Source of the DNA: Raillietiella orientalis
Taxonomy: Eukaryota
NCBI GenBank assembly: GCA_036172245.1
Contig: JAYWIR010000035.1
Span: forward strand, 1,798,001 to 1,862,000
Reading direction: 5' to 3'
DNA length: 64,000 nt
A model generated the notes under the pieces. It was not told the DNA's origin. It made no database searches and worked only from the letters and a program-made list of their open reading frames with translations. Shown piece after piece: positions 38,601-51,789 of the stretch. Each line of letters starts with the position of its first letter. The first letter of the stretch is position 1. The translations under genes were made by a program, and so were the position numbers.

Positions 38601-40399
38601 TGGACGTCACCGTACCGCGACGTCCCAACAGGGTGCGGATGCCTTCCGGTCCCGGGAGAGGGGCGAGAAGGGAGCCTCTGCGCTCTTCCTCTTTTTGCTC
38701 CCCGCCCGTAGCCCCTCAGGATGCGGAAGCAGCGGCGACCAGCCTCGCGGGACGAAAACAGACGCGGTGCCGGGACACGCTTCCCTCGAGCGGGCAGGCG
38801 GCCTCCTCTGTTCTGCTCGGGTGCACGCTGCCGAAGGGAAACTTCCCGTGCCTTTCCCGCCCCTTGAGCGTGGGGTTTCCTGCTGGGGCGGGGGCGGCCC
38901 TCAGATACGGAACGGCGGGGATCCATCTCGTTTTCCCCCTTCGGCAGACCGCGCTTCGCCCCCCACCCGCAGGTTGCCACCTCCCCTGAGCATCCCGTTG
39001 CCATCGCGCCCACTCCCTGGAGGGATGAGAGAATTGCCTGGGAAGGAGGTCGAATCCTGCTCTGACCCTCGGAGGCAGAAGACTTCCCCTGGCTCTTGGC
39101 TGCTCTGCAAGCGCATTTTCCGCCCTCTCTTCACCTCCGTGCCTTCGGGCATCCGTGTCGAGAGGAGAGAGCGTCGACTTGTGAAGTGCCCTCCTCGAGT
39201 GCGAGAAGTCCACCCTCGCATTGCTGACCTCCGCTTCGTTCGGGTGCGGATGGTCACCTCGGGTCGAACGACACTTTTCCTCGTGCTGGAAAGGCAGGAG
39301 GACTCGCCGCTTCCTCTGGTCCATGGAGGTGTACCTCGCGTTCAGTCCTAAGGACGCATGACGAGGGACTGCTCTTCTGCAGGCACAGGTGTGGTTTCCT
39401 CTTGCCCTGCAAGAAATCTCCCCCTCCTTCTCGTTGCCCTTCTCCACTCTAACCCGCTTTTGCCGCCGAATTGGGAGGAGCTGCAAACTGAACCGGGGCA
39501 GCCGGGTTTCCTCCCGTGTGCGGACGAGGGACGCACGGGAAGCATAGTGTCCCCTGTCCTATGGCTGGCTGTTTGGCCCGCGGCCCTCCGAAAGGGCCCG
39601 AGACAGCGGCGTGCAGAGCACGGAGGCGGGGCTTCTGTTCCTCCCCACGGTCTTCCTCCCTCCTCCTCTCCACCAGCTCCGCTAGTGGAGCAGCGTTGCG
39701 CCGTGGACGAACTCGGAGGGACGGCCTCTCATTGTCCTTCTGGGTGACCACCTTTACGCACCGCACATCTTGAGGCCTCTCGGTTTAGAAACTACCTCCT
39801 TGGCAGAGAAAGATTTCCCGGTTACTGGTATTGGGGGCAGTGGTCGGAAACCTGCCTCATGATCGTGTAGAGAAAGGAAAGGAAGCACATAGGGCGACGC
39901 TGCCAGCGGGCACCATCGGATCCCAACACTTCGAATTCCCCCTTTTCCGGGCGATTCTTGGGACTTCAACTTCTTGTCGACTGCCAAGGCTTCTCGGACT
40001 CCAAGCCGTCCCAAGGAACCACTCGAAGAGCAGTAAAGGGACATGAGAGAAGAGAACTATCTCTTCGGATACCCTCACAGGTGCTCCCGAATTCGTAAAG
40101 AACGATCAGCGCTTGAAGAACAGTGATGAGAGGGGTGGTGGGAAGGGAATCTTCTGCCTGCACCCCGTCGCCCGAGAGCAAAAATCACGAAAATAATAGC
40201 CTTCCACTTCGTGATCACCAGCACTCGACTCTGGTCCAACGTTACCAGAGGATTCTGGATTTGCCTCTTCCAGATGGGAAAGGCCAACCAGCCAGCCTGT
40301 TTGAGGCCTCGACACCTACTGGACGGACGGCCTAAACGGTGTTAGCGGACGCATCCAAACTCCCAGGAAATGCGTCGCCATTCGTGAAAGCAGCCATAG

Positions 40400-41250
40400 C
40401 TTTTGGGAGGGAAGGCTTGCAGGCCTTTTCGGCGACTCCGGAGGCTGTGAGAACCGTAACATTACCACCCCACTCCGTAAACTTCATCTCAGTGGGAAGA
40501 TGAGCTGACTCCGTAGTGCCGACAGGCGTCTTGTAAAGCTCCGCGTGTACTCTATTCCCGCACACCTACCTGCTTTCCCTATTCTTGTCGCCAAGGGTAA
40601 GCCTTTACTGTTGCTTGCCCTCTATCTGCATCTCCTGCTATTCGACCAAAGTGCCATCTGCTCCTACGTGGAAAGCGCTTCGTCACCAAATCCCCTGACA
40701 TCGGCAACTGCGCTCGCCGTCCCACTTCTTGCCTTCAGATGCCCCCTTGAAACCGCATCTTAGAAGCTGATACGGGCGTTTTCTGGCACGTGGAATCCTT
40801 CCTGGTTGAAGGAAGGAGCTGTGCCAGGAAGCACGAGCGCTGTCTCTGATACGAGGTGGATGGCGCCCCCTGTACGGGAGATGTCAGGACAGAAACAGCC
40901 CGTGGGTCTCTCAACCTGAGCCTCAAAAGTCATCGGGTCTACCTTGCATCAGTTTTCGGTTCCTCCTCCTCCCCACCTCCGACCCCTGTCACGAATGAAG
41001 AGCGCAGCGACGGCTGCTCTGATGGATGGGCTGCTAGGAGAAGGATCCCACTGGAAGCAGACCAGCGAGCGAGGGATATCGAGGGCTGAAGGCCTGTCGG
41101 ACCCCCACGCAGGATTCGGGGATGACGGTGCGTCTTGTGACCTGCTGGAAAAGGGAAACAGCTGTAGACGGTACCTTACAACTTCAGCGCAGCTGACCCT
41201 TCGCGAAGCGTGGAGCAGGAACACGAGATTGTATGAAGAGGAGGAACGGG
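40400..41250 (+). mobile_element. Decayed Ty3/Gypsy-like reverse transcriptase remnant
   Basis: YSIP...AKGK...ALYLHLLLFDQS resembles YPIP...AGGK...AYLQL.LDEES. ILEADTGVFWHVESFLVEGR...HERCL resembles ILEG..GV..Y.DDILV.G....H...L, with the catalytic DD lost. NSCRRYLTTSAQLTLREAWSRNTR is connection-like. Spacing roughly fits an RT domain, with stops and frameshifts present. Confidence 0.45.
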
Positions 41251-42676
41251 ATTAAGGTGTGGCGCGTTCCGGAGATGCTAGGAAATTTCTCTATAGGAGG
41301 AGGGGGGAGGGGGGGAGAGATCAAAAACTGCTGCCGCAGCCTGCGCCTCTGACGTTCCGGGGAGTTCGTCTACCGGCAAAGCGCAGGAGGAACAGCACAG
41401 CGCACCTTCGGCAAGGAAGAATGGGATCACCGCCTTTCTTGTCGGAGCGAGGAAAGAGGCGGGAAGCGAGATCCCTGGCAGCCAGGAAGGCGATTCGGGG
41501 AAAGCGCGTTGATCTAATCAATCTAATTAGAAGAATGAGGGAAAGAGGTGAGGCAGAAGCGCAGTGGAGGCGGCGAAGATGGCAGCCTCGGCGGCGACCT
41601 TCCCGAGTCAGTCTCTCGCATAGCTCTTTTGTTCCTTGGATGAAAAGAATTGCCGTCCTGGCTACTGGCTTGCAAAAAGAGCGAGCAATAGCAGAGTGAT
41701 GACGCGCGAGGTAGCACCTCTGACGCTTCCGGATGTTGTCGCCTAGACATCTGGTGACACTTCGGGCCAATCCGCAAATTTACGATGATTTCATCTTGCT
41801 GAGAGATTGCGCTAAAGCAGGTCGTTTATCCTATACCATTCTGGACCACTTGCACCGAACCGTGCGGAGGCAGCCCGCACGGGAGCGTTTCATCCCGTGA
41901 CAACACAGCCGTGAACAGCGCTCGACACCTCCTGGAGATGAAAGGAGGAATGCAGACGAAGAACCGGTTTGAATTTCCATCAGCATATTTTTTTCCTTGT
42001 TTTTTTTTTCTTTTTCTTTTTTTGCTTGCATGCGGAGAACAACGGCGTTTCTCCTGCCTCTGTAATGTGGTGGCGTGCACGCCTGTACCCGGAGCGGATG
42101 GTGGATCTTCGGGAGCCTGTTGGACGCACAGACGGAGAGAGAAAGGAGTCTGCCCTTGTCTTCAGGTGCAGCGAATTAGAAGTAGTGCTTCTTCCGAGAC
42201 GGACGCTGACGGCGGCTCCTTTGCCTTCAGTTCCACCATCATCCTCATCAGTGGATCGAGATTGTCCACAGCCCAGCAAGCTCAAGTCACCTTTTGGCTG
42301 TCACTCCCGTGGCAGGCCGACCAAAGCGGGTGCGACCTCTCTCCCGTGTTCGCTTCTCACGCAGCACACGCCCTCCCCGGCTTCCGAAGGGACGGGATGG
42401 AAGGGGAGTGAAAAGGGGTGAAATTTGGTCTACATTTTCTCCTCTCTTTCGGCTCCGTTGGGTCGGGAGGTTTTCCTGGGGGAAGCCGCGGTTCACAGGG
42501 GAAGAAGGGAAGCAGCAAAATTACTCCTTCGCTGTTGTGGCCTTTCCTCGCATGGAGGAGGCCCCCAACACAACGCCACTGAAGCCGCGCGCCGCTAAGC
42601 TCTGCGCTCGAAGCGCCCGTCCCGCGCGTGTCCTACGCGTTTTCAAGATCATGAAGACCTCTCTGTACCCGGGTCA

Positions 42677-43050
42677 CTAGCACGGTTTGCCCTTCGGTGG
42701 GTTCGAATCATTGCATTGCTCTGTCAGGAGTGTGGGAATTTCGACTGATGTCCACGAGGGAGGTGGGAACTCACTGCCCCCGGGATGGAATGGCGGGATC
42801 GCAAGCACCCACGGATTCACTCTTTGTTGTTGCCAAGGACCCACCATCGATCGAGTTCCATGATCCAGAGCAGTGAAAGAAAGTGGGAAAGGAATCCCCC
42901 ACTCCCGTTGGAAATTAGTCCCTGTTTTCAAGCCGCCCACCTGGGAGATCTACCTCTCGTCCATCAAGAATACTTCTTCCTCGTGGATAGAAAACAGAAA
43001 AATGTCTCTCGGCACCGTCCTGGAGTCCAGCTGAGGACGGTTCTGGCTTC
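42677..43050 (-). mobile_element. Decayed retroelement integrase core (rve-like) fragment
   Basis: One frame with a single stop reads DIFLF...VFLMDER*...REWGIP...ALDHGT...IPPFHPGGS. It resembles DLF....YLLVVDY...RFGIP..IVSDNG...SPYHPQSNG in motif order and approximate spacing. Confidence 0.35.
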
Positions 43051-46000
43051 CGTGGGCAATGGAGGAATACGGAAGGAAACCACCGTTCATCGCGCATCCT
43101 CCGTTCTCCCAGCCATCAGAAACAGGCATAGCGTCCCGTTCGCAAGAGCGTCCTAACCGGGGTCGGCGCTCGACAGCTTTCTCCGGGTTTTTTCCGCTCC
43201 CCCCTCTCTCCAACAGCAGGTTGGTAGACCCTCGGGAAGGCACCGGGACTTTCGGTCAGGCAGAGTCCGCAAGTACGAGGAGCTTCCGCAGGGAACTCGT
43301 CCGGAGGAACAACTGCTGCTCCAGGAGTCCTCGGAGGACCCAGACCATACCGAACGTGATGGTCCCCCCCCTTCCGAAATTCCCGATTAGATTCGCGTCG
43401 TCCACGCCCACTCCATCAACAGCAACATCCCGACCGAACGCCGTCTTCAGGCAAACCGCAGAGAGCCGGCCGTGCTTGGAGCGCCGCTTCGGCGCGCTAG
43501 CTCTCGGGAGCATCCGGGGCCAGCGGCTTCGCGGCCATCCGATGCTCCCTGCTTCTCCCAGGAAGGGCACGCACGCCGTCCTGGAAACTCGGGAGGCGGT
43601 CCGGTTTGGAGCCTCCGACCTCGAGAAACGCCCCCCGATGAGGCGATGATGGGCAGCTGCGATGAAGGGGGGGGGATGCAAGCGGCGCGAACGGGCGCAT
43701 CGGAACGCACCGCCGCCGGGGCGTAGGAGGCGCACCTGTTTGAGCGCTCGCGCGGGCGTGGTTTGCGCGCGCGCGACCCCCCGTGCGTCCTCGTGAGGAG
43801 GCGAAGGCAACCACGCCCACGCGCGCGCGCCGGCGGCGCCCTTGATCGGATACGTGGAAGGAAAAAAAAAAAGAGAAGAAATGGGAAAAGGAAACTTCGA
43901 GACGAGCGTCCGCGCTCCCTGCGAACTGCGCAGGACGAGGGATCACAGACCGCCCGCAGCCGAGCCATCGAATGAGTATTTCGGGTGAGCTGGTGGCTGT
44001 GAGTTCCTCCTGATGGCGTCCATGGGTGGCAGTAGCGTTGGACGAGGGCATCAAATTAGAACAGATGTGTCACACCGACGTCAAGGCACTCGAGGCACGT
44101 GAGGGGATCGAATCGCGGGTGCGTCAAGCTCAGCATCCCTCGTTGTTAGCAACGGAAATAATGGATGTCAGTTCGCCCTCCTCCTCCGCGTTCCCAGGGA
44201 GAGGGGGCTAGAGAGGAGGAAGGAAGCGGGGGGGGTGCGGAACGCACCCGCGCGTTCTGCTTGCTTCGGAAGGCCTGGAAAGGCACCTGAAGCATCCTTG
44301 GAATTCACGGGGCACGCCGCCGTCTCGCGGGCAGAACTGCTCGGCTCGAAAGGGAAGCAGCGGCGGCGGCCGCAGCAGCATCGACTCCTGGTAGAGCTCG
44401 CCGCGCGCCTCCGTCTCACCTCTCGGCGAGAGGCCTGCCCTCTCGCGGAGCGGAACCTCACGAACCGAAGCGATCGGATCGGATCCCCGGTGGGCGGGGG
44501 ACTCCTTCCAGACGGAGGAATTCCCTCTCCGCTTCTCCGAAAGAGGTCCACTTGCTGGAGACTCCCATCCCCTTCTTTTCACGTTATCCAGGGGGTCCCT
44601 GCCAGTTCCACCAGGATGCTGTGTCCGCGATAAGAGGGACACGGGCAAAGCGTGAACCCCCTGGTGTCCTCCCCACCCCACCCCCACTCGTTCCCACGGC
44701 GAAGTCTGCTCGCCGGGATCGCCCATCTGCCCCCGTCGCGAGGAAGCCCCCCCGGAGGTCGCCCCAAGGACGGTGCTGGGGTCGGTGCGCTCCCTGCCGA
44801 ACCGCGGTCCGTAGGCGCGGCGAACGCCGCCGGGAGAGAGGTTTCATTTCCCGCGGCAGCCCTCGGGAAGGCACGCCGAGAGGGAGAAAACGCCACCCGG
44901 GGCACTGAGAGCGCCAGCGCGCCCGCTGGGTGCTTTCCGCCTCCTCTGCTTCCCGATGATTGATCGTCCTGTTAACCCGCGGCCATCTTTCCTAATTGCG
45001 GCGACGCGCCCGACTGTGGGACCTGCGGACGCAGATCTTATCGTTCCCCTCCGGACCCTCGTCTTCGGACTCGGTCCGGCTCGGCGACCGCGCGAGGCGC
45101 CAGCGGCAGAGCGGCGGGTAGAGCTCTGGGGAACGCGGGCCCCAGGCCCGCGGCTCCACAGGCGCCGCAGGGGAAGAGGGAAAACCCTCCGCGCGGCGGG
45201 AGGCGGACCACGTGGAGGGCGGCGGCAAAGCTGAAGACACTGGACGGCGGAAGAACGGTGGAGGAGGGCGAGGAAGAGAACCGGGGAGAGAGGAGGGGAC
45301 TGGAACGGATGGGGGTTTGTCAGGAGGAGTGCCGGGAGAGGAGACCAGGGCGAGGCCGCCGCCGGATTCCCGACGGGACGGATACCGTCCTGCGGATCGA
45401 AAAATCGACAAAGAGGACTCTTACGGCGATTCCCTCAGGCATCATGGGAGGAAGTGCAGATCTCAGGATCCGAGGGGCTGAATCTCCGCTCTGCGGTGGG
45501 GCCCTGGAAACCCCTTCGGCTTGCTGTTGCGCGTCCCCGCTCCCACCACCCTGCGGGAAAATCTCTGAGCTTCGTTGCTCGCCCCCCCTCCCTCCCGGCC
45601 TCTCCTAGCTCTTCCTCCTTGGGCGGCGAAGACTCCGGGGTCCTCCTGGGACTCACGGGCGCCAACCTGAGAGCGTTGGGCGGTAGGGCGCTGCGTCTCG
45701 GCGGCACGAAAGACCGAAAAAACGACACCCTCTTCCTCCCCTCCGCCGACCGGGCCGCAGAGCTGTGACGACGCGGGTAGGAGGCGGGAAGAGTGAAGGC
45801 GTTTTCAGGGAAGCTGCGCGGCTTTCTCCGGAGGAGAGGGGAGCGAGTTTTTCGGTTCCTGCTGCCACTAGCGTCTCCCGTTCCCTCCCGAAACCTGGAG
45901 CAGTGCCCTCCGGGCTCTTCCGCCGAGCTGGAACGCGGCTCTCAGCGAGCTTCAGCAAGTTGTCGGGGACGCCCTCAGGTAGAGAAACGAGTTCTGGACT

Positions 46001-47354
46001 GCGCGGGGAGGGCAGCCAAGCGGCCTTCACGAAGAGCAGCTCCGCGTGGTCGCAGCGCCCCGAATCGCTGGGCAGCGGCTACGCTGCGTAAAGATCCTTG
46101 GCACGGAGCTCCTCCGTCCGTTTTCGGAGGCGGCAGAGGGAGGGGCCCGGCAGTTGCAGATCGGATTCTGCGCAGACAAAGGAGGAGTGCACAGTTCATT
46201 GCCGAAAGACGATAATCGGAGACCCGCCACATAGAGGATCCACAGTCTCGGACGCCCTGCATCCGGACCAGAGGGAGAGGACAAAACCAGAGGCTCCCAC
46301 AGAGGGGACTGCACCGCTCTGGGAGCTCCGGAGGACTACATTCCTGGAAGAGACGCGCGATCTGCGGTCGGCGGAGCAGTGCGACATCGAACCGATGGTC
46401 TGTCTGATGGAGCGGAGTTGGTCCGGGAGACGGAATCCACTTCGACCCCGCTCCTCTTTGAGGGATGGGCGCGTCCGGGAGCTGCGGTCCGGAAAGGAAC
46501 AAGCATGGACCTATCGAGTGTCGCAGAGGGACCGCGTCCAAGTAGGAGGAGGTGGAGCATTCCTGACAGAGGACCCAACGGGCGCGGCGTGGGAGGAAAA
46601 GGTGAGGCTGCGTCCTACGGAAGAATCGAATGCCCGGAATCCCGGAAGCTCCTCGATTCCTTTGACTCCCCTGAAACTCTTTCAAATGCTTCCACGGTCC
46701 AAAACTTCTAAGGACCAGTGTTGGCTCCTGCGAATATCGCGAGCGTTCTGACGTGAACCTGCGGTCGGCCCGACGGGACTCGCGCGGGAACGAGGGCCGA
46801 AGGGAAAGAGGACCATCACAACAGAAGGGGAAGCACAGGCTGTCTGTCGCAAGGAGAGCGTTTCCGGCAGAAAAAGTCTACGCCCCGGGACCTCATACAC
46901 CAGTGTCCGAATGCTGGCCCTCTTTCCTTTGAGAGGCGACAGGTACTGGAGCGCTCCCGCACCGGGGCACGGCTGGCGAGGAGGGAACCGTGCACGTCCC
47001 AAGGTCCAGCGCATCACCCTTCCTCCCGGGCGCGCGGTCGTCTCAATGACCCTGGAAACTAAGAAGGACCACCACAGAGAAGTTTGGTTGCGGGGGGAGG
47101 GCAGTGCTGAGGTCCGAAGAACCTGGTCTGGCCTCTCTCGTCAGTTGTCCCCCACCCGCGAGGGTTGCAGCCTCCACACCCGCTCCGAGGGAGCAATTTC
47201 ACAACCATGGAGACTTCTTTTCTCTGTCTCAGTGAGTTCTCTCCTCCCCCCTTCATCTGGAATCGCCGCAGGGGCAAGAGGAAGATCCGCCGTCCTTTCC
47301 GCCCTTCCGCGCCTCGCGCTCGCAGACCGAAAAGCTGCGAAATGCTCGCCGCCC

Positions 47355-47505
47355 TTTGCCTCCTCCCTTCCTCCTCGCTCCTCCTCTTCCCTCTCTCTTC
47401 CTTCCTTCTCCCTCCTCCTTTTCTCTTTCCTCCTCCTTCTCTATTTCTTCCTCCTCTCTCCTCCCCCTGCCCCCTTTCTTTTCCTCCTCTTCTTCCCTTC
47501 CTCTG
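47355..47505. repeat. Polypyrimidine (CCT/CTT) low-complexity tract; similar tracts at about 2960-3200, 9715-9800 and 63200-63390
   Basis: Near-pure C/T on the + strand over about 150 nt. Confidence 0.85.
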
Positions 47506-49220
47506 CGTTCTAAAAACAAATTACCCGCTACGGGGATAATCTGGCGGGCGAAGAGGGCGCACACCCCTCTCGATCCTCCCGGAAATTGCTTTCAGAGGAG
47601 AGGGGCAAAGCGATGCGCATGCTCCTCTCCCCGGGCAAATTGGCTGAGAGCCAGGGCAGTGGACCCTGCGGCGACGGTTTCAGGGAGACCGGCGTCGCGG
47701 CGCTCCCGGAACAGAAGGGAAAGAGCACGAAGGAGAGCAGTGTGGCGCCACCTGCCCTCCTGGCCTGCTGGAAGGGTCGAAAAATTTATAACCCGTTCTG
47801 ATGCGACCCCGGCCTGCAAGGGCGATAGGGCGGAGTTCCCCGCCAGCCCGCAGAAGGGTGAGCGTGCCTTCGCCTCGCACGAAGCCGATCAGCTGTCTCG
47901 TTAAAGGTTCTCCCTTCTCTGCCTCGCCCTGCCCTCTCCCCTTCTTCGCTCCTGCCCACTTTGGGGGCAGGAGTGGGAGGAGAAGGAAACAGATCGGAAC
48001 ATCCAGGGCTGAAACTCCCGCCGCTCCTTTCTGAGGAGCGCTCACGGCACGGAGAAAAGGAGGCGTCGCTGCCAGCATCCGGGGAAAGGAGGCCTTGGGA
48101 AGCAGGCCCGCGTTTTCAGTCCCTCCTCTTCTCCGGTTGCCGCCTCCATCGCTGGTCGCCTCCCTGATGTCTTTCGCCGTTCCGGGTTCCCCGACAGTTC
48201 TGGAAGTTCTTGCACCGCTCGGGGGAGGGCACGAGGACCCCGCACTCTTCGGCAAAAGGGGACATGGGGGCTTCCTCCCACGCGGAGAGGTCACCCCAGG
48301 AAGCAGTTGATGTTGCAGCGGCGGCAAGAAAGGAGGGCCTCCCTCTTTCGTCCATCCGGAAGAGGAACTTCTGACGGATCAGAGCGCTTTCAGCTACCCT
48401 TCAGTTGCCTCCAGACCGTTCGCACCGCTTGCACAGGGATCATTGGAGCCATTAGCCGGTTCGATCCCGCGAGCTCCCAGGAAAAAGGGGGACACGGGAA
48501 CAGCCAGGCAGGTCGCGCACTTCACTGTGATTCCTTGGAGGATGTGGCGGGTTGCTGAGCGGTGAAGGAGAGGAGGATGAGAGGGGTACGAGGTGCCTTT
48601 CCAGCAGTGACCCCTGCTGGAGTGGGATGCACCCGCCCACATCCAGCCTAGAGCAAGAGCTGAGTTCAGAGGTCTGCGGCAGCACAGCCGTGGCGCCGTC
48701 GGTCTCCATGCGGAAGCAAGGATTACACCCGGACACCAGGAACTTTCAAAAGGTCGACAGAGGCTGGCCTTTGGAGAACTGCAGAGACCGCCGACGGGCC
48801 GTCGAGCTGATGATGACTCGATGGTCGGTCACAGGTCATCGAGCCATCATCGATGGCAGAGCTGATGGATGAGGTCGGTCTCTCCTCCTCCCCGGGTGAA
48901 TGAACGGGAAGTTAAGGAGGAGACCTAGACCAAGGAAGGAAGCTGCATTTCAGCAGCTTTTCGGCAAAACAAGGGGAGTCTCAGCAGAGGGCCTTGACCA
49001 GCCTGATGGACATCTGTAGTCTCACGTTCGAAGAGCCAGGGGCTAATGGACCAACGGGCTCCTAGTACTGCTCCTTGGCCGTTTCCTCCTTCTCAAGGTC
49101 CCCGTGGATGAGCCCACGAGGGCTGGAAAGCGCGAGTCGCTGGTGTTCTCGTCGTCCTTTCTAGTCCACCCAGCGTTCGGGGCCGTAAGAGACGGCGCCT
49201 GGTACATGGAGACATCTCCA

Positions 49221-49373
49221 GGTCCGCCTAGGGACCGAGTGGGCACGGCGGGCGAAATGGGCGGACGCGACAGGAAGGATCTGTCTCCGGGAGAGGTAGA
49301 GAATAGACTGGGGAACTCCATCCTTGACACGTCCCGAGGGTAAGTGAGAAAGAGGTGGCATCCGAGCACCTGT
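49221..49373 (+). repeat. Dispersed direct repeat, copy A (partner at 51640-51789)
   Basis: Manual alignment gives 37 mismatches in 150 aligned nt (about 75% identity) and one 3-nt indel. The 27-nt core GGACGCGACAGGAAGGATCTGTCTCCG is identical. Confidence 0.85.
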
Positions 49374-51136
49374 GGGCCCGCCCCGGAGCGCAGGTCAGGC
49401 ACTGCTGCTTTCGTTCCGGTCCTCGGGTTCGCGTCTTCTTGGAGACGAAACCGTCAAGCGGCATCTCCGATCCCCGACGGGCGGAGCAGGCGCCAACTGC
49501 TGCTGGGCGACGCCACCAGTCGAAGAGCTCGGTCGTAGCCGTCTCCCCAGAGATCCCGGAAGCGACAGAGTCGACCGGAGGATTGACTCTCCGCCGCGTC
49601 TCGAGATCCCGCCCTCCTCTCCCTACTTCTCTGGGAAACACGCCGTCGCTAGCGCACGCGTGGACCCTCCCGGACTTCGTTCTGAGGGCGGCTCAGCTCC
49701 TCTAGCGGGAAGAGGAAGGATGCAGGGGGAGGGAAGGAGGGAGGGGCGGAAAGGGAGGATGGGGCAGCTAGCGGAAGACTCCCCTCGCCACGAAAACTCG
49801 AGAGCGGAGCGCTCCGGGACCCCAGCGGCGCACGCGCGACGGGAGCGTAGCCGATCCTTCTTCGCCAATGAGGCGGCGCTCCCGCGGCACCAACGCAACC
49901 TGCTGTCGCCGGACGAATTTGTTTTCGAACTCCCAGCCACACCAACATTAGCGGTCCATCCATCAACGTCTTCCAGGGTGATCATTTGTCATGTTTCCCG
50001 AATCTCTTAATTTCTTGCAGCGTGCTGGAGAGATCGGAAAGCCGCGCTCGGGATTCCGCGGTCTGCCGAGACGGCCCACCGTCTCCGCCCTGCGATTGGA
50101 GGATGCCGTGCGCGGCGGCGGCGGCGCGCGAAGGAGCCCATCCGATACATCATCATCTCTCGCCGTCGCGGGCAAGGGAGAGCCGGCGCCGATCAGTGGG
50201 ACGATGGAATGCGCCTCTCTGACGAGGCCGTCTCCCAGGAGACGCCGGGTGGAGGCGTCCCGTCCCCCCTACCCCTCTAGCCGCTGGGGCGGAGCCGACC
50301 CAGCACACCTCGGGGCCACCGCCAAGTCACCTCGGCCTACGGGGTTGATTCATCTCTGGAGCCGAGAACACTACGAGAGCGGATGGGAATCCCGGGGGAG
50401 GGCACCTGTAAGGTGAGGTGTCCTCCCAGGTGGCAGCTCGCGGCCAGAGTCGCACATCAGCCATGCTCCTTGGAGCTCACTCCCTCCTCGGCAGGGAGTG
50501 AACCCAGGATCGACGGGAGGTGCTCCTCATGGGCCCGCCGGAAACTCGGTGGACCGTTGGAGCGGACCCTCCTCCGCGTGGGACGGGGATGTCTAGTGGG
50601 CAAAGAATACGCCGCGGGAGATCTTTCCCCGGAAAGTCCCAGTAGAGGGAAAGGAAGATCAGGGAGGTAGGAAAGAGTCGGAGACGAACAAGCAGACGAG
50701 TGGATGACTCGCGGAGGTCGGCCGGGGTCTCATCGCCATGGGACGCAGAGGAAGGTGTTCTCGCTCACTGTCGGACCCCAGTTCTCTTCGGCACTTTCCT
50801 CAAGGTACCATCTTCGACGAGGTCTTCCATCTTGCATCCCACTCCGTCCACGAGGCGGCGAACGACCGCGGGACCCGAAGGTCGAAGGGGGGGAGGCAAG
50901 CGTTTCCGGAAACCCACCCACCCGGAGATTTCGCTCGACCAGGATCAGGGAGTCCGTGCCGGTATTCCGCGGCTGCCCCTGTCTTCCTCGCAAGTGGATG
51001 TTCAGGTCCGCGGCAAGGGGACGCCTTCTGCATCCTCAAGCAGCGATCTGCAGCCTGAAAGCGTTCCGAAGGCGCACATGCGCGAAAGCGGAGCGCGCGG
51101 AGAAGCGGACCAGGCGTTCTCGGACTTTGCTTCAGG

Positions 51137-51560
51137 ATGTCATCCATCATAAAGTTACGGCCAGTGATCAGATGGCCGGCCAGACCTTTCGCGAAGAATT
51201 CTTCACACCATCGGAAGTTGAGGGCGGGAGAAACTGCCGCGAGCCTCCAGGCGATCGTCGATGACCTCCTGCGCCGTGGCGGAGCTTCTAGAGGGTTTGG
51301 GGCAGCAGCAGTGGGCACTCTTGCGACACCGCACCTCGCTCGTGACTTTATTTTTCCCGTCGCCTCCCTTCACCGAATGGGAAATCCGAATGGGATCGGC
51401 GGATCGCGAAAGACTCGCCGACCATTTAGCCATCCACAACAATGCAGTGGAGGAACAAAGCTCTCCACGGAAGCGCCTCGTGAACACCGGCAAGACTCCC
51501 CCGCGCCTGCGCACCATCCTGCACGCCGCATCTCGCACCAGCTCCATCTTTCCCCTCCCT
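51137..51560 (+). mobile_element. Decayed Ty3/Gypsy-like RT N-terminal fragment
   Basis: KLRPVI...IVDDLLRRGGASRGF / VAELLEGLG, then WEIRMGSADRERLA (like WQIRM...DREKTA) and LVNTGKT (like GL.NA.AT). No YxDD motif is seen. Confidence 0.35.
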
Positions 51561-51639
51561 CCCAGAGGGGGAGCGTCTTGCATGAGAAGACCCGCGCAGC
51601 ATCCTCGAGCACCTTTGATGGCGCGTGCGGTCGCCTTTA

Positions 51640-51789
51640 GGTCCCCTCAGGAACGAGGTGAGCACGGCAGGAGAAAGGGGTGGACGCGACAGGAAGGATC
51701 TGTCTCCGAGAGAGGTAGGGAACAGGCAGAGGACCCGCCTTCGCGCCATCTCTCGAGAGCAGGTGCGGAGGAGACATCCGAGCACCTGC
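51640..51789 (+). repeat. Dispersed direct repeat, copy B (partner at 49221-49373)
   Basis: Same alignment as copy A. The copies share the 27-nt core and the distal CATCCGAGCACCTG. Confidence 0.85.

Noticed and set aside
42698..42710. Isolated B-box-like GGTTCGAATC (another GGTTCGATCCC at about 48458)
   Set aside because: No A box or cloverleaf at the expected distance.
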